Shown: positions 27,664 to 42,583, counted from the stretch's first letter. The stretch is DNA of 64,000 nt from Dehalococcoidia bacterium (GCA_050011565.1 JBEKIW010000003.1:32001-96000); one strand, 5' to 3'. The notes: generated by a model from the letters alone, not told the origin. A program made the numbers and translations.

Positions 27664-27792
27664 TGTCATTGCGAGGCACGAAGTGCCGTGGCAATCTCGG
27701 TGGTGAGCAATGAGATTGCCACGCGGAGTTTATCCTGAGCGGAGATTCTTCGCTTCGCTCAGAATGACAGTTGCGAAGGGCTCGCAAAGACA
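27664..27792. repeat. Family-2 nested palindromic element
   Basis: Terminal inverted repeat tgtcattgcgag/ctcgcaaagaca, inner gtggcaatctc/gagattgccac, nested gagattcttcgcttcgctcagaatgaca. Confidence 0.8.
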
Positions 27793-27844
27793 TGCTGAGC
27801 TGCCAAAATACCCCCAAATAACTATACGTAAGCAAAAGGATATT

Positions 27845-27881
27845 AAAAAGGGCGGGGTTAATCTATGCTAAGCCCCGCCCT
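27845..27881 (-). terminator. Intrinsic terminator after clpC
   Basis: agggcgggg...ccccgccct stem followed by a T run on the minus strand. Confidence 0.75.
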
Positions 27882-27920
27882 GAGTAGAATCAGACTATCG
27901 ATAAGCCGAAATCAAAAGGT

Positions 27921-30404
<2,484 letters not shown>

Positions 30405-30451
30405 ATCTATCCTTGTTCTTCATGCTTTGCTCTCTGGGTGTGTTTAGTTGA

Positions 30452-30480
30452 ATTATAGGACGTTTAATTTGGTGTGTCAA
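30452..30480 (-). promoter_or_regulatory. Consensus sigma70 promoter of clpC
   Basis: TTGACA (30480-30475), 17 bp, TATAAT (30457-30452). Confidence 0.75.
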
Positions 30481-30548
30481 AGCTTCGGGATATTTGGGAT
30501 ATTGAGTGTTGCAGTTAGAATTCCTGATTTCAGGGAACTTAGAGAAAC

Positions 30549-30669
30549 CCCCTGGCAGTGGCATATTTTCCCAAAGAGTTGCCTCCCTAGTATCGTCTGC
30601 GCTGAGGCGTTTCACTGCCGTGTTCGGGATGGGAACGGGTGGTGCCACCTCGCTCTAACCACCAGAGGA
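30549..30669 (-). rRNA. rrf: 5S ribosomal RNA (stand-alone)
   Basis: Minus strand CTGGTGGTTAGAGCGAGGTGGCACCACCCGTTCCCATCCCGAACACGGCAGTGAAACGCCTCAGCGCAGACGATACT...GGGAAAATATGCCACTGCCAGG; has the CCGAAC loop and paired ends. Confidence 0.96.
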
Positions 30670-30683
30670 TTCAATCTGGAAAT

Positions 30684-30712
30684 AATATACAGCTAAAAGG
30701 CATTTTTGTCAA
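30684..30712 (-). promoter_or_regulatory. Promoter of the 5S rRNA gene
   Basis: TTGACA (30712-30707), 17 bp, TATATT (30689-30684), about 15 nt before the 5S 5' end. Confidence 0.7.
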
Positions 30713-30790
30713 ATGTAGCTTCGACTTGACGATAAAGACAGCCGATGCTATTCTTATGGTCAAACCCGAAACTCTAAGCGAGGTATAGAA

Positions 30791-31126
30791 TTGAATTACG
30801 AACGTGAATTACTCAAAGGCAGCACTGACAGTTTGCTTCTCAGTTTGATTAATCGCCAGACGACTTATGGTTATAAAATCATAAAAGAGCTGGAAAAAAG
30901 AAGCAACGGCTATTTCCAGTTCAAGGAAGGTACTCTGTATCCGGCTTTGCACCGACTGGAAAAAGCCGGGCTTCTGCAGGGTAAATGGCAACGACTGCCC
31001 GGCGGCCAGGAAAGGCGCTACTACTACATCACACCGAAGGGGCAAAAGGCGCTGGCTGAAAGGCTGGCTGTGTGGCAGGACTTTTCCACCGCCGTGGCTT
31101 TAATCGTACAACCAACAATCGGTTAA
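30791..31126 (+). CDS. PadR-family transcriptional regulator
   Basis: ELLKGS, YGYKII, KEGTLYPALHRLE, RRYYYIT; promoter TTGACG-17-TATTCT at 30726-30754. Confidence 0.9.
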   Translation: MNYERELLKGSTDSLLLSLINRQTTYGYKIIKELEKRSNGYFQFKEGTLYPALHRLEKAGLLQGKWQRLPGGQERRYYYITPKGQKALAERLAVWQDFSTAVALIVQPTIG

Positions 31127-31131
31127 CGGCA

Positions 31132-32073
31132 ATGCCGGCTAACTCTAATTACACCGACAGGGTCAAAAGCCATCTAAGGCTTGATACCACTATCGAAAGC
31201 GATGTGGTACGTGAAATACGTACACACCTTGAAGACAAAAGACACGAATTAATAGAATCAGGAATCTCCGAAAGACAGGCAACCGCTATCGCCACCAGGG
31301 TCATGGGTTCCCCCGAACTTGTGGCCCGCCAAATATACGAAGTATACAGTCAGGGAAGCTGGCTTCAAGCTATCTTCGCCGCTTTGCCCCATCTACTGGT
31401 TGCAGCATTTTTCGCTCTGCACTGGTGGCAAAACACCTTCTGGCTGCTAGGAATCTTAATTGCCGTTGTTGGCACGGTGCTTTATGGCTGGTTTCACGGC
31501 AAGCCGGCATGGCTTTTCCCCTGGCTGGGCTACTGCCTGCTGCCGGTGATGGCCGTTGGCATTCTACTTATATATTTACCCGGTGGTTGGGCCTGGCTGG
31601 CTGCCTCTGCCTACATTCCCCTGGCTCTCATAATCATATTCTCGGTAACCAAAAAAATTACCAGAAAAGACTGGGTATTTGCCTCAGTAATGTTGCTTCC
31701 CATACCCATAATGCTGGGCTGGATTCTGGCGCTGTGGATGCTGGCGCTGGAACGTCAGAATGGTTTTTTATCTCACGAGCAGCTTTATGAGTTTGCCCCT
31801 CTGATCGCATTAAGCTTCGCAGCACTGGCGCTGACCGTGGCCGCATTCATTCGCGTCAGGCAGCGCTGGGCCAAAGTTGGCGTTCTATTGACGCTGGAAA
31901 TATTCGTCTTAGTCATAGTGGCTTTGGGCGGCAAGAGCTCAATTAACCTGGGCGGCTGGGTGGGCCTTGTTTTGCTAGCCGTAATACTTCTGCTCGGCCC
32001 GGCACTGCTGGAGCGAAAGATAAGACAGGATGAGCACAAACCGCTAAATTTATACCGAAAATCCGCTCGCTGA
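31132..32073 (+). CDS. Multi-TM membrane protein with an N-terminal HAAS/permease-prefix-like domain
   Basis: REIRTHLED...GIS...A...MGSPELVARQ followed by ~8 TMs; the usual PadR partner. Confidence 0.75.
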   Translation: MPANSNYTDRVKSHLRLDTTIESDVVREIRTHLEDKRHELIESGISERQATAIATRVMGSPELVARQIYEVYSQGSWLQAIFAALPHLLVAAFFALHWWQNTFWLLGILIAVVGTVLYGWFHGKPAWLFPWLGYCLLPVMAVGILLIYLPGGWAWLAASAYIPLALIIIFSVTKKITRKDWVFASVMLLPIPIMLGWILALWMLALERQNGFLSHEQLYEFAPLIALSFAALALTVAAFIRVRQRWAKVGVLLTLEIFVLVIVALGGKSSINLGGWVGLVLLAVILLLGPALLERKIRQDEHKPLNLYRKSAR

Positions 32074-32118
32074 TTTTTGACAGGCCCGCCAAGACCGACT
32101 AGCAAGAAAAGCGATACT

Positions 32119-32562
32119 CTATCTCCAAAAGCCGCGTTTCAATTGCCTGGCTTCTTTTTCCATTGCCTCTCAATAAACCTGATATTTAATATCAGGTGGA
32201 TATACCATCGCCCAGGCACAACCCTGCCTCACCATCTCAGCATTGATAAATGTATCGCCAACGAAGACGTAGCGCAGTAATCTTCCATATTTGTCTTTGT
32301 CCGTAATATCGCTTTCCAGCCTGACTTCCTGGCCGCCGACCAGGTCTGTATTCATCTGCGTAGCCTCTGAATAATAGAATTCATCCGTCTCAGGCGAGTC
32401 GATACCTATGTAGCGCACGTGATAACCACCCTCAATAACTATGGTATCGCCGTCGATAACTCTGACCACCGTTACGGTTTCAGAGGGCTGCTTGCAGGCT
32501 AATGGCAGCAATAACAGGACTGAAAGGAACAGGACCGTTAAACTGTTTCTAAAGCTAATCAC
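32119..32562 (-). pseudogene. Thermonuclease (SNase) family lipoprotein interrupted by an in-frame TGA
   Basis: LPLAC lipobox, IDGDT, RYIGIDSPE, DKYGRLLRYV; after the TGA (32172-32170) the frame continues EAMEKEARQLKRGFWR*. Confidence 0.75.
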
Positions 32563-32590
32563 CAAAATATATATAAGCTGCCGGTAAGTT

Positions 32591-33631
32591 TCACCAGAGG
32601 CTTGCCTGAGGTGATTGTCCCTTCTTGTATGCCACTCCCAGATGCTCGCAGGCAAGCCGGGTAGCTACTCTACCGCGAGGTGTGCGCTCCAGGAATCCCA
32701 ATTGGAGAAGATAGGGCTCGTAAACATCCATAATAGTATCCGCTTCTTCGCTGATAGACGCGGCGATGGTCTCCAGCCCGACAGGCCCGCCATCGAATTT
32801 TTCAATTATAGTGCGCATAACCTTATGGTCTATCTCATCCAGTCCGATAGGGTCTATCTCCAGTTTGGAAAGCGCCTCAATGGCAACAGATTCGGTAATT
32901 ACACCGTCTGCCTTTACCTGGGCATAGTCTCTCACTCGTTTAAGCAGCCTGTTAGCTACGCGCGGTGTTCCTCGTGCCCGGCAGGCAATCTGGCTGATGC
33001 CAGGCTCATCAATGACTATCTTAAGTATGGCGGCTGAACGTTTTAAGATAGCCTCTATAGCCGGCTCATCGTAGAAATCAAGGCGGTAAACGGCCCCGAA
33101 CCTGTCCCTCAGCGGCGGACTCAGCAGTGCAAAGCGTGTGGTCGCTCCAATTAAAGTGAAACGAGGCAGGCTTAAACGTAAACTCCTGGCACCCGGTCCT
33201 TTACCGAGAATAATGTCAATGGCAAAATCTTCCATGGCCGGATAAAGTATCTCTTCTACCGGGCGGCTGAGTCGGTGTATCTCGTCAATAAAAAAACCAT
33301 CGTTTTTTTGGAGATTAGTCAGTATAGATGCCAGGTCGCCGGGACGCTCTATTGCCGGGCCGGAGCTTATCCTGATGTTGACGCCCATTTCGGCGGCGAT
33401 GATGAAGGCTAATGTGGTTTTTCCTAAACCCGGCGGCCCATAAAGAAGGACATGGTCCAAAGGCTCTCCACGTTTCTTAGCTGCGGCAATCGCTATCTCG
33501 AGATTACCCTTGACCTTTTCTTGCCCGATGAAATCGCTTAGACGCCTGGGACGAAGGTTAGTATCCAGGGAAACATCGTCAACGCTGGGCTTACCTGAAA
33601 CTATCCGTGTCTTTATTTCCTTCTCTTTCAT
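32591..33631 (-). CDS. ruvB: Holliday junction helicase RuvB
   Basis: [25 protein letters not shown] motifs. Confidence 0.97.
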   Translation of the reverse strand: MKEKEIKTRIVSGKPSVDDVSLDTNLRPRRLSDFIGQEKVKGNLEIAIAAAKKRGEPLDHVLLYGPPGLGKTTLAFIIAAEMGVNIRISSGPAIERPGDLASILTNLQKNDGFFIDEIHRLSRPVEEILYPAMEDFAIDIILGKGPGARSLRLSLPRFTLIGATTRFALLSPPLRDRFGAVYRLDFYDEPAIEAILKRSAAILKIVIDEPGISQIACRARGTPRVANRLLKRVRDYAQVKADGVITESVAIEALSKLEIDPIGLDEIDHKVMRTIIEKFDGGPVGLETIAASISEEADTIMDVYEPYLLQLGFLERTPRGRVATRLACEHLGVAYKKGQSPQASLW

Positions 33632-33707
33632 CGCTCAGGAAGCCATCCAAAACTTAATTGAAATTATATCATATCGAGTTTCAGCAAACTAAAGAATGGC
33701 AACCAAT

Positions 33708-33738
33708 AAAAAAATCCTCGCCGGCCGACGAGGATTTT
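33708..33738 (-). terminator. Intrinsic terminator after rpoC
   Basis: aaaatcctcg...cgaggatttt stem with a T run on the minus strand. Confidence 0.7.
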
Positions 33739-33792
33739 CCATATAACAAGAACTGTAATTTAATTTTCGCTATGCCCGGCCTCTGGCTCAGG

Positions 33793-36700
33793 CTACGGTA
33801 CGGTTTCAGTAGCTACCGGGGACTCCGCCTCAGGCAATAGTCCGGTTTCAGTAGCTACCGGAGCCTCCATCCCCAGAGGTGCCGGTTCACCTGCCCCGAG
33901 CTCCTCAGCCGCAGGCAAATCTTGATATGGAATAAGCTTACCAATGATTACGTTTTCCTTAAGCCCGAGGAGTTTGTCTGTCCTGCCCCAAATTGAGGCT
34001 TCGGTCAGTACTCTTGTAGTCTCCTGGAACGAAGCAGCGGCCAACCAGCTGCCTGTATTTAACGAACCCCGGGTAATCCCGAGAAGTACTGTTTGAGCCG
34101 TAGCCGGTTCTCCACCTTCAGCCAAAACCTTAGCATTTATGCTCTCATACTCGAAGCGGTCGACCAGGTCACCGGAAAGAAGCTCAGTGTCACCCGGTGA
34201 TTCGACACGGACTCGCCTGAGCATCTGGCGGGCAATGATTTCAATGTGTTTATCATTAATGTTCACGCCCTGCGAGCGGTAGACTTTCTGTACCTCTTCA
34301 ACTAAATACTGCTGCACAGCCTCTCTACCCATGATGCGCAGAATATCCTGAGGATCAACGGCACCATCGATTAACTGGTCTCCGGCTTTCACTCTGTCTC
34401 CGTTCTTAATGCGTATGTGGCCTCCAGATGGAATTATGTACTCACGCTCTTCGACCTCTTCATATTTAATGTAGAGATGCCCGTCCTCAATAACTACATT
34501 GCCAGCAACTCTAGCTATCATGGGATGCTCTTCCTTCACCACCAGCTTCTTGCTTCGAGACCGCTTCTTAGGGGCGGCTACAGTAGCTAGTATCGTTCCC
34601 GCTTCAACCAATTGGCCGTTACTGACAACTATTTCCGAGCCCGATGGCAACATATACTCATCCAGATATGACTCGGAACTGGTAATTCTTATTTTTCGCA
34701 CATCTTGAGTCTCACTTACATCGGCAATGCCATCTATTTCAGAAAGTACCGCAAGCCCTTTGGGTACCCTGGCTTCAAACAATTCCTCTACCCTTGGCAA
34801 ACCACTGGTGATATCAGCCCCAACCACACCTCCGGTATGGAAGGTGCGCAACGTAAGCTGAGTGCCAGGCTCGCCAATACTTTGTGCGGCAATAATGCCT
34901 ACAGCCGTGCCATTTTCTACCAGCCCTCTTCGGCCAAGGTCACGTCCATAACAGTTTCTGCAGATACCGCGACGGGAATGGCAAGTAAGCGGCGACCTCA
35001 CAAACGCCTGAGTGATACCGGCGTCTTTAATTCGGGCTGCTTTTTCCTCATCAATTTCCTCATTTGTATGGACAATTATCTCCCCGGTTTTCGGGTCAGC
35101 GATGTCGGCAGCCGCCAGACGTCCCAGCAATCGCTCATCAAGAGACGCCAACAACCCTTTCTCCTCCGTCTCAAACAGCCAGATACCCTCTTCGGTACCG
35201 CAGTCCTCTTCAAATACAATCAAGTCCTGGGCAACATCAATAAGACGCCGGGTAAGATAACCGGCATCTGAAGTCCTTAAAGCTGTGTCAGCCAGTCCTT
35301 TTCGAGCTCCGTGGGTGGATATGAAATATTCCATTACCGAGAGCCCTTCACGGAAACTTGCCTTGATAGGGTATTCGATTATTCTCCCTGACGGGTCGGT
35401 CATCAATCCTCGCATGCCGGCCATTTGCCTTATCTGGGAAATATTACCTTTCGCACCCGAGGTCGCCATCATATAGACGCCGCCATAGCGGTCCAATGAT
35501 TGCGAAATCGTTTCCGTGATTTTATCGGTAGTCTCTGTCCAGACCTCGATGGCACTGCTATAACGTTCGTCCTCAGTTATCAACCCCCGGTTAAACTGGC
35601 TTTCGATAACAGCTATTTTTTCATCGCCCTCTTCAAGCAGCTTTGCCTTATTGCGAGGCACCTCGATATCTTTAGCGGCGATGGTAGTACCCGACTTGGT
35701 AGCATATTCAAAGCCAAGCCGTTTGAGACTATCGAGCATTTCAACAGTAGGGGCACCACCTAATGAGCGGTAGCAGTCTGCCACCAAATTCTTCAGAGCA
35801 GCTTTGTCCATTACTTTATTTAAAAATCGAAATTCAGGAGGTAATACTTCATTGAACAAAATGCGGCCAACACTTGTCTTCAACTTCTGGCCGTCACCTG
35901 CCTCGCTCCTGACGTTTATTTCAGCGCCTAAGTTGACTGCCCCTAGATCATAGGCAAGTTTAGCTTCTTCGAAATCGTAAAAAACCATCCCCTCACCCTT
36001 GGCACCGGGCCTGATATTGGTGAGATAATAGAGGCCCAGGACCATGTCCAGAGTCGGCGTCATTACCGGCTCTCCGCAACTGGGCAATAGCATGTTGTAG
36101 ACACTGAGCATCTTCTCTCTGGCTTCTCTCACTGCAGCCCGGGCAAGTGGCACATGGACGGCCATCTGGTCTCCATCGAAGTCGGCATTGAAAGCAGTAC
36201 ATACCAGAGGATGAATCTGAATGGCACTGCCGTCAATAAGTACCGGCTCAAAAGCCTGGACACTTAAGCGATGCAATGTAGGAGCCCGGTTAAGCAATAC
36301 CGGCCGCTCCTTGACCACTTCCGCCAGAATATCCCACACCTCGGGCCTCGCTTTTTCTACCTGTCTTCTGGCGCTCTTTATATTATGGGCAAAACCCTGC
36401 TCGATTAACCGGCGCATAACAAAAGGCTTGAACAATTCCAAGGCCATGTGCTTGGGCAAACCACACTGGTGGAGTTTCAATTCGGGGCCAACAACGATGA
36501 CTGAACGACCACTGTAATCCACTCGTTTGCCTAAAAGGTTCTGGCGGAAACGGCCTTGCTTACCTCTAAGCATGTCTGACAGTGATTTCAATTTATGAGC
36601 ACCGCTAACCATGGGCGCCCGCCCTTTTCGCCCGCTGTCGATAAGCGCATCAACAGCTTCTTGAAGCATGCGCTTTTCGTTGCGGATAATTATCTCCGGA

Positions 36701-37746
36701 GCTCCTAAATCAATCAGTCGCCTCAGGCGATTATTGCGATTGATGACGCGACGGTAAAGGTCGTTTAGGTCACTGGTGGCAAATCTGCCTCCGTCCAGTT
36801 GGACGATGGGTCGAAGCTCGGGAGGCAATACCGGAAGCACAGTCAAAATCATCCATTCGGGCTTGTTACCGCTGCGCCAAAAGGCTTCAACCACTCGCAG
36901 TCGTTTGCTGGCCTTCTTGCGACGCTGACCCGAGCTGGAACGGACCTCTTCAATCAGGTCATGACGCAGTTTCTCAAGGTCAATGCCTTTGAGAACGTCC
37001 AGTATGGCTTCCGCCCCCATGCTAACTGTGAAAAAGTCGCCGAACTCTTGCCTTAATGCTTGATATTGGTTTTCAGCCAGAAGCCTTAACTCGCGGACAT
37101 TCTCCAACTCCGAGATTCTATCGTGGTACTCGTTTTCAAGTTCAGCTCTTTTATCACCAACTTCGCGACGTAGTTGATTTATATTCTCAATAGCTTTCTG
37201 GTCTGGAGCTGACTCACCTTTTCCCTCTATCTTGGCAATGTTCTTCTCCAGTAGATGCTCTTGTTCCCCAACTAGCTGAGATAACCTCTCTTTGAGTCTT
37301 TTAATCTGCTCGTCACGAATTGAAGCATCGACTGTGGTAATAATATATTGTGCAAAATAAAGTACTCTTTCCAGGTTGCGAGGGGAAACATCAAGAAGCA
37401 ATGCCAGACGGCTGGGCACTCCTTTGGCAAACCAAATGTGGGCTACCGGAGCCGCTAATTCAATATGGCCCATACGCGTCCGGCGTACCCTAGAATGCTC
37501 CACCGTGACTCCGCATCTGTCACAGGTAACGCCACGATAGCGTATTTTCTTATATTTACCGCAATAACATTCGTAATTCTTAGTTGGCCCGAAGATTCTT
37601 TCGCAGAATAGCCCGTCTTTTTCTGGCTTTAGAGTTCGATAATTTATCGTCTCCGGCTCATTTACCTCACCGTATGACCAGCTTTTAACCTGTTCTGGCG
37701 AAGCCAGCGAAATCCGGATGGCATTAAAATCATTAACCTCAGTCAT
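33793..37746 (-). CDS. rpoC: RNA polymerase beta' subunit
   Basis: NADFDGDQM catalytic motif and zinc-binding Cys motifs. Confidence 0.98.
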   Translation of the reverse strand: MTEVNDFNAIRISLASPEQVKSWSYGEVNEPETINYRTLKPEKDGLFCERIFGPTKNYECYCGKYKKIRYRGVTCDRCGVTVEHSRVRRTRMGHIELAAPVAHIWFAKGVPSRLALLLDVSPRNLERVLYFAQYIITTVDASIRDEQIKRLKERLSQLVGEQEHLLEKNIAKIEGKGESAPDQKAIENINQLRREVGDKRAELENEYHDRISELENVRELRLLAENQYQALRQEFGDFFTVSMGAEAILDVLKGIDLEKLRHDLIEEVRSSSGQRRKKASKRLRVVEAFWRSGNKPEWMILTVLPVLPPELRPIVQLDGGRFATSDLNDLYRRVINRNNRLRRLIDLGAPEIIIRNEKRMLQEAVDALIDSGRKGRAPMVSGAHKLKSLSDMLRGKQGRFRQNLLGKRVDYSGRSVIVVGPELKLHQCGLPKHMALELFKPFVMRRLIEQGFAHNIKSARRQVEKARPEVWDILAEVVKERPVLLNRAPTLHRLSVQAFEPVLIDGSAIQIHPLVCTAFNADFDGDQMAVHVPLARAAVREAREKMLSVYNMLLPSCGEPVMTPTLDMVLGLYYLTNIRPGAKGEGMVFYDFEEAKLAYDLGAVNLGAEINVRSEAGDGQKLKTSVGRILFNEVLPPEFRFLNKVMDKAALKNLVADCYRSLGGAPTVEMLDSLKRLGFEYATKSGTTIAAKDIEVPRNKAKLLEEGDEKIAVIESQFNRGLITEDERYSSAIEVWTETTDKITETISQSLDRYGGVYMMATSGAKGNISQIRQMAGMRGLMTDPSGRIIEYPIKASFREGLSVMEYFISTHGARKGLADTALRTSDAGYLTRRLIDVAQDLIVFEEDCGTEEGIWLFETEEKGLLASLDERLLGRLAAADIADPKTGEIIVHTNEEIDEEKAARIKDAGITQAFVRSPLTCHSRRGICRNCYGRDLGRRGLVENGTAVGIIAAQSIGEPGTQLTLRTFHTGGVVGADITSGLPRVEELFEARVPKGLAVLSEIDGIADVSETQDVRKIRITSSESYLDEYMLPSGSEIVVSNGQLVEAGTILATVAAPKKRSRSKKLVVKEEHPMIARVAGNVVIEDGHLYIKYEEVEEREYIIPSGGHIRIKNGDRVKAGDQLIDGAVDPQDILRIMGREAVQQYLVEEVQKVYRSQGVNINDKHIEIIARQMLRRVRVESPGDTELLSGDLVDRFEYESINAKVLAEGGEPATAQTVLLGITRGSLNTGSWLAAASFQETTRVLTEASIWGRTDKLLGLKENVIIGKLIPYQDLPAAEELGAGEPAPLGMEAPVATETGLLPEAESPVATETVP

Positions 37747-37755
37747 CTGTCTCCT

Positions 37756-40700
37756 TTAACTTAAACCTTTGAGCTTAGTCCCGATTTTCTTGCGCTCTTC
37801 GAGGAAACTTACCATTTCCTCCTCTTCGTTAAGTAGCTCAATCGCAAGACCTAAGCTACGCAATTCCATAAATAAAACCTTAAAGGACTCAGGAACACCC
37901 GGTTGGAATATATCCTCGCCTTTAACCAGCGACTCATACGCCTTAGCCCTGCCGGCTACATCGTCCGACTTAACAGTGAGCAGTTCCTGAAGCGTGTGGC
38001 TGGCGCCATAGGCTTCCAATGCCCAAACCTCCATCTCACCGAACCGCTGGCCGCCAAACTGAGCCTTTCCGCCAAGGGGTTGCTGCGTGATTAGAGAATA
38101 AGGACCGGTAGACCGGGCATGTACTTTATCCTCGACAAGATGAATAAGCTTCATCATGTAAATACTGCCTACTGTCACCGGCTGGTCGAATTGTTCGCCA
38201 GTTCGCCCATCACAAAGGATAACCTTACCGAACACCGGCGGTGATTGCTTCTGTTCGACATAAGCTTTTTCCACAAGCTCGGCCACTTGGTCATCTTTAA
38301 GACCATAAACTTTTACACCCAGTGTCTCAAGCCACAGGCGGAGACAAACTCTCTTCGCTTCGCCTGGATATCCATCATCAAATACTTTCGCCGCGTTGTA
38401 ACCATTATCGGCGAGCCATGTCTTAGCCTGGTCAAGCTTAACAGAGGTAAGGTCATCTCGACCCAGCGGATTTATTGTTCCTGCCTGCTGGACTATCCAT
38501 GCCCTAGCTAAAGCATCTTCAATATTAACATCATTAGCCCCGTCGAAAATCGGGTTTAGCACTTTAAGCCCCAGTGTTTCTGCAGCCCAACCTAAATGAG
38601 TCTCTAAGATTTGCCCGATATTCATGCGGGACGGGACACCGATAGGATTTAGAATTATATCTACCGGCCTACCATCAGGCAGATAAGGCAGGTCTTCCTC
38701 GGGCAAGATACAGGAAATTACACCTTTATTACCATGCCGGCCAGCCATTTTGTCCCCTACGGAGATTTTTCTCTTCTGAGCCACCCATACCCGCACCAGA
38801 GAATGAACCCCCGCCGGTAAATCGCTATTATTATTACGAGTAAAAATCTTAACTTCGATAACCTTCCCACACTCGCCATGTGGCACTCTTAAAGAGCTGT
38901 CTTTAACCTCGCGTGCCTTCTCACCAAAAATAGCTCGCAGCAATTTTTCTTCAGCAGTTAATTCTGTTTCACCTTTCGGACTGATTTTACCCACCAAAAT
39001 GGAGCCCGGCCCAACTTCAGCACCCACTCGGATGATACCGGTCTCATCCAAATCGCGCAAACTCTCTTCGCCTACATTGGGTATGTCTCTGGTAATCTCC
39101 TCCGTGCCCAGTTTCGTCTCGCGGGCTTCTATTTCATACTTCTCGATATGTATCGAGGTGAATCTATCATTCTTGACCAATCTGTCACTAATGATGATAG
39201 CATCCTCAAAGTTATATCCCCGCCAGCTCATGAAGGCGCACAGGATATTCTGCCCCAAGGCAAGCTCACCATGGTCTGTCGCTGAACCATCAGCGATAAC
39301 TTGTCCCTTTTTGACTTTATCGCCTTTGGACACAATGGCACGCTGATTGACACACGTCCCCTGATTAGTCCGAACGAATTTCATCAGCGGGTAGTCATGC
39401 TCATTCCCGTCCTCTTCGGCAATAGTGATTTGTTTACTGTCCACCGCAACGACTTCACCGTCGTCCCTGGCAAAAACAACCTGCCCGCTGTATTTAGCCA
39501 CTTCCTTTTCCATTCCCGTAGCTATCAATGGCGCTTCAGGACGAAGCAAAGGAACAGCCTGACGTTGCATGTTTGAGCCCATCAAGGCCCTGTTAGCATC
39601 ATCATGCTCCAAGAAAGGTATCAGAGATGTGGTAACGCTGAAAACCTGCTTCGGTGACACGTCCATGAAATCTATCTCATCTGCAGGCTCTTTGAGATAC
39701 TTACCACCCCTTATAACCCCAATCCTATCTTCAACGAATTCGTTTCTCTGGTTAAGAAGAGCGTTGGCTTGAGCAATTGTATATCGCTCTTCCTCGTCAG
39801 CAGTCAGATATTCAATCTGGTCCGAAACAAAAGGAACAACTTTTATATTGCGAGAGTGTAGAGAGGCTATCTTCTTGGCAATCTCTTTGGTGATTGGGTT
39901 TCTTTTGGAAATAATAACCTTACCGCCGGAGGTAGCTACATCCTCTAAAACAGTCCTATTAAGCAGGTTCTCAATAGTATTCGAAACCTCATGAATAACC
40001 TTGCGGTAGGGCGTCTGTATAAAGCCATAATCATTAATTGATGCATAAGTAGCTAAAGACCCGATGAGACCGATATTCGGCCCTTCCGGAGTCTCAATAG
40101 GACAGATTTTTCCGTAGTGAGAATGATGAACGTCTCGAACATCAAATCCGGCACGCTCACGTGAGAGACCACCTGGTCCCATTGCTGAAAGGCGACGTTT
40201 ATGAGTTAGTTCAGCCAGGGGATTTGTTTGGTCCATGAATTGTGAGAGCTGTGAGCCTCCGAAAAACTCCCTCATAGCAGCCACCACAGGGCGGTTGTTA
40301 ATTAAAGTAGACGGCACGGCAGCTTCCGGGCCAACAATGCTCATACGTTCCTTAATCGTTCTCTCTAAACGCAGTATGCCAATTCGAAACTGGTTTTGTA
40401 TGAGATGCCCCGCAGTCCGCACCCGCCGATTACGCAAGTGGTCGATATCATCCGGCTCTTCCCTTCCATTATTTATCTTGATAATGCGTCTCACTATTTC
40501 TATAAAATCTTCTTTGGTTAAACAGCGGCGGCTTTCATCGATACTAAGACCGAGCCTCTGGTTGAGCTTATACCGTCCCACCCTGCCCAGGTCATAGCGC
40601 CTGGGATTAAAGAAAAGGTTATTCAGGAGATTCTGCGCATTGTCAACGGTGGGAGGTTCACCGGGGCGCAATCGTTTATAGATATCCACCAGAGCCTCTT

Positions 40701-41427
40701 GCTTGGTCTTGACGGAAGGCTCTCGCTCTATTGTAGTTTGTATAAAGTTATGCTCAGACGACGTTTCCACGTCCTGGAAATAACCAAGTAGTTCATTATC
40801 ATTATCATAGCCGATGGCGCGTAGCAAAATCGCCACGGGAATTTTCCTCTTGCCATCTACTTTAACAAATATCACATCCCTGTTGGACGTCTCAAACTCC
40901 AGCCAGGCACCGTGTTCAGGTATCAACTTTGCAGCGCATAACTCGCGACCGCTAGCCGCATCCTCCTGCAGGCTAAAATAGATACCCGGGGAACGAAGCA
41001 GTTGATTAACTACTACTCTTTCCGCACCGCTGATAATAAAGGTGCCCTTATCGGTCATAAGCGGAAAATCTCCGAAAAATATCTCCTGCTCCGGAATCGG
41101 CTCCCGGGGTTCTTTGACTATCAACCTGGCTCTGACATAGAGCGGAGCTGCGTACGTCATATCACGCTGACGACATTGGTCTATGGTGTACTGAGGTTCG
41201 CGAAACTCATAGCCAACGAAGTGCAACTCTATCCGTGTACCGGTGAAGTCATGGATGGGGGAAACTTCTTCGAAAAGCTCCTTCAACCCCTCTTCCTGAA
41301 ACCAACGAAAGGAATCAAGCTGGACCTTAATTAGATTGGGAATCTCCAGGACTGTAGGTAGTTTAGCAAACGATACTCTCTGTTCCGAATCAGTGTTCTG
41401 TTTTTTAGACGCTAATGAAATAGACAT
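37756..41427 (-). CDS. rpoB: RNA polymerase beta subunit
   Basis: [33 protein letters not shown] motifs. Confidence 0.98.
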   Translation of the reverse strand: MSISLASKKQNTDSEQRVSFAKLPTVLEIPNLIKVQLDSFRWFQEEGLKELFEEVSPIHDFTGTRIELHFVGYEFREPQYTIDQCRQRDMTYAAPLYVRARLIVKEPREPIPEQEIFFGDFPLMTDKGTFIISGAERVVVNQLLRSPGIYFSLQEDAASGRELCAAKLIPEHGAWLEFETSNRDVIFVKVDGKRKIPVAILLRAIGYDNDNELLGYFQDVETSSEHNFIQTTIEREPSVKTKQEALVDIYKRLRPGEPPTVDNAQNLLNNLFFNPRRYDLGRVGRYKLNQRLGLSIDESRRCLTKEDFIEIVRRIIKINNGREEPDDIDHLRNRRVRTAGHLIQNQFRIGILRLERTIKERMSIVGPEAAVPSTLINNRPVVAAMREFFGGSQLSQFMDQTNPLAELTHKRRLSAMGPGGLSRERAGFDVRDVHHSHYGKICPIETPEGPNIGLIGSLATYASINDYGFIQTPYRKVIHEVSNTIENLLNRTVLEDVATSGGKVIISKRNPITKEIAKKIASLHSRNIKVVPFVSDQIEYLTADEEERYTIAQANALLNQRNEFVEDRIGVIRGGKYLKEPADEIDFMDVSPKQVFSVTTSLIPFLEHDDANRALMGSNMQRQAVPLLRPEAPLIATGMEKEVAKYSGQVVFARDDGEVVAVDSKQITIAEEDGNEHDYPLMKFVRTNQGTCVNQRAIVSKGDKVKKGQVIADGSATDHGELALGQNILCAFMSWRGYNFEDAIIISDRLVKNDRFTSIHIEKYEIEARETKLGTEEITRDIPNVGEESLRDLDETGIIRVGAEVGPGSILVGKISPKGETELTAEEKLLRAIFGEKAREVKDSSLRVPHGECGKVIEVKIFTRNNNSDLPAGVHSLVRVWVAQKRKISVGDKMAGRHGNKGVISCILPEEDLPYLPDGRPVDIILNPIGVPSRMNIGQILETHLGWAAETLGLKVLNPIFDGANDVNIEDALARAWIVQQAGTINPLGRDDLTSVKLDQAKTWLADNGYNAAKVFDDGYPGEAKRVCLRLWLETLGVKVYGLKDDQVAELVEKAYVEQKQSPPVFGKVILCDGRTGEQFDQPVTVGSIYMMKLIHLVEDKVHARSTGPYSLITQQPLGGKAQFGGQRFGEMEVWALEAYGASHTLQELLTVKSDDVAGRAKAYESLVKGEDIFQPGVPESFKVLFMELRSLGLAIELLNEEEEMVSFLEERKKIGTKLKGLS

Positions 41428-41562
41428 AACTCTCCCATCAGAAAATTAAGACACATGTCTCAACAGTGGTTCTTTAACCAAGCGTTAGATTGTAATTAAG
41501 AGTAGTAATGGGGAAAAGAATTACTAAGAAGTCAATACGGCATTTCAATGCAGTAAACATAC

Positions 41563-41591
41563 AGTTTACTACTATTTCTTATTTTTGTCAA
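41563..41591 (-). promoter_or_regulatory. rpoB promoter
   Basis: TTGACA (41591-41586), 17 bp, TAAACT (41568-41563). Confidence 0.6.
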
Positions 41592-41725
41592 GGGGTTTTA
41601 AACATTTCTAACTAAAAATTAGAAATATTTTCTGTTAAAAACCTACCGGCCAAATTGCTTTAGCTTCAAATATCGACTACAATTAGCGACGCTGGATAAG
41701 CTTTAATGGAGGCTAAATAAGTATA

Positions 41726-42583
41726 ATGGATAAAGATGGATTCGACAAATTTAAAGGCTCGCCAGATTACGTTACTTCCGAAGCTCTAAGAAATGCGGTT
41801 AACGTAGCCGTTGCCTTGAAGAGGCCTTTATTAGTTAGAGGCGAACCTGGAACAGGAAAAACACTCCTGTCCCATAGCGTCGCTAAAGGTCTGGGCAAGA
41901 AGTTAATCGTCTGGAACATAAAATCAACTACCAAAGCCCAGGAAGGCCTGTATGTTTATGATACTGTCCAAAGGCTAAACGACAGCCGCTTTGGTGATAA
42001 AAATATTTCCGATATTAGTCAATATATAAAGCTGGGTAAATTGGGAGAGGCCTTTGCCTCCAAGGAAGAGCTTGTGCTCCTCATTGATGAGGTAGATAAA
42101 GCCGACCTCGAATTTCCCAATGACCTCCTCAACGAGCTCGATGAGATGAGCTTCTATATCCCGGAAACAGGTGAGACAATTGTGGCGGCACATAGACCCA
42201 TAGTAATCATAACCAGTAACGCCGAGAAGGAACTCCCCGATGCCTTTCTAAGACGCTGCATATTCCACTACATTGAATTCCCGGACCCTAATCTAATGGA
42301 GGAAATCGTAAGAGTGCATTTCCCCGACATCAGGAATAATTTACTTAGTCAGGCTTTGGCAACATTTTATTCACTGAGAAAAATCGATGATTTTCGTAAA
42401 AAACCTTCGACAAGCGAACTCATAGATTGGATTCGCGTTCTTATAGCCAGCAGCACGCCGGATAAGGTGATAGCCAACGAGATTCCTTTCGCCGGCACTC
42501 TGTTGAAGAAAGAAACTGATTATGCTTACTTTGTAAATACCTTTACGAAGAAAAAACAGACCACAAAGACTCCAGACAACTAG
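41726..42583 (+). CDS. MoxR/CoxD-like AAA+ ATPase
   Basis: GEPGTGKT, LLIDEVDKAD.EFPNDLL, LPDAFLRRC, KKPSTSELIDW motifs. Confidence 0.9.
   Translation: MDKDGFDKFKGSPDYVTSEALRNAVNVAVALKRPLLVRGEPGTGKTLLSHSVAKGLGKKLIVWNIKSTTKAQEGLYVYDTVQRLNDSRFGDKNISDISQYIKLGKLGEAFASKEELVLLIDEVDKADLEFPNDLLNELDEMSFYIPETGETIVAAHRPIVIITSNAEKELPDAFLRRCIFHYIEFPDPNLMEEIVRVHFPDIRNNLLSQALATFYSLRKIDDFRKKPSTSELIDWIRVLIASSTPDKVIANEIPFAGTLLKKETDYAYFVNTFTKKKQTTKTPDN

Noticed and set aside
27569-27835. 88-aa ORF, and similarly the ORFs at 3473-3703 and 22636-23001
   Set aside because: These are translations of palindromic repeats or antisense frames.
32170-32172. TGA as a selenocysteine codon
   Set aside because: The position is not a Cys or redox site in SNase proteins and I see no convincing SECIS hairpin; a nonsense mutation or error is simpler.
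33801-33861. 19-bp direct repeat in the rpoC 3' end (PVATET twice)
   Set aside because: It is real but only a small in-frame duplication in a low-complexity tail, with no evidence of function.
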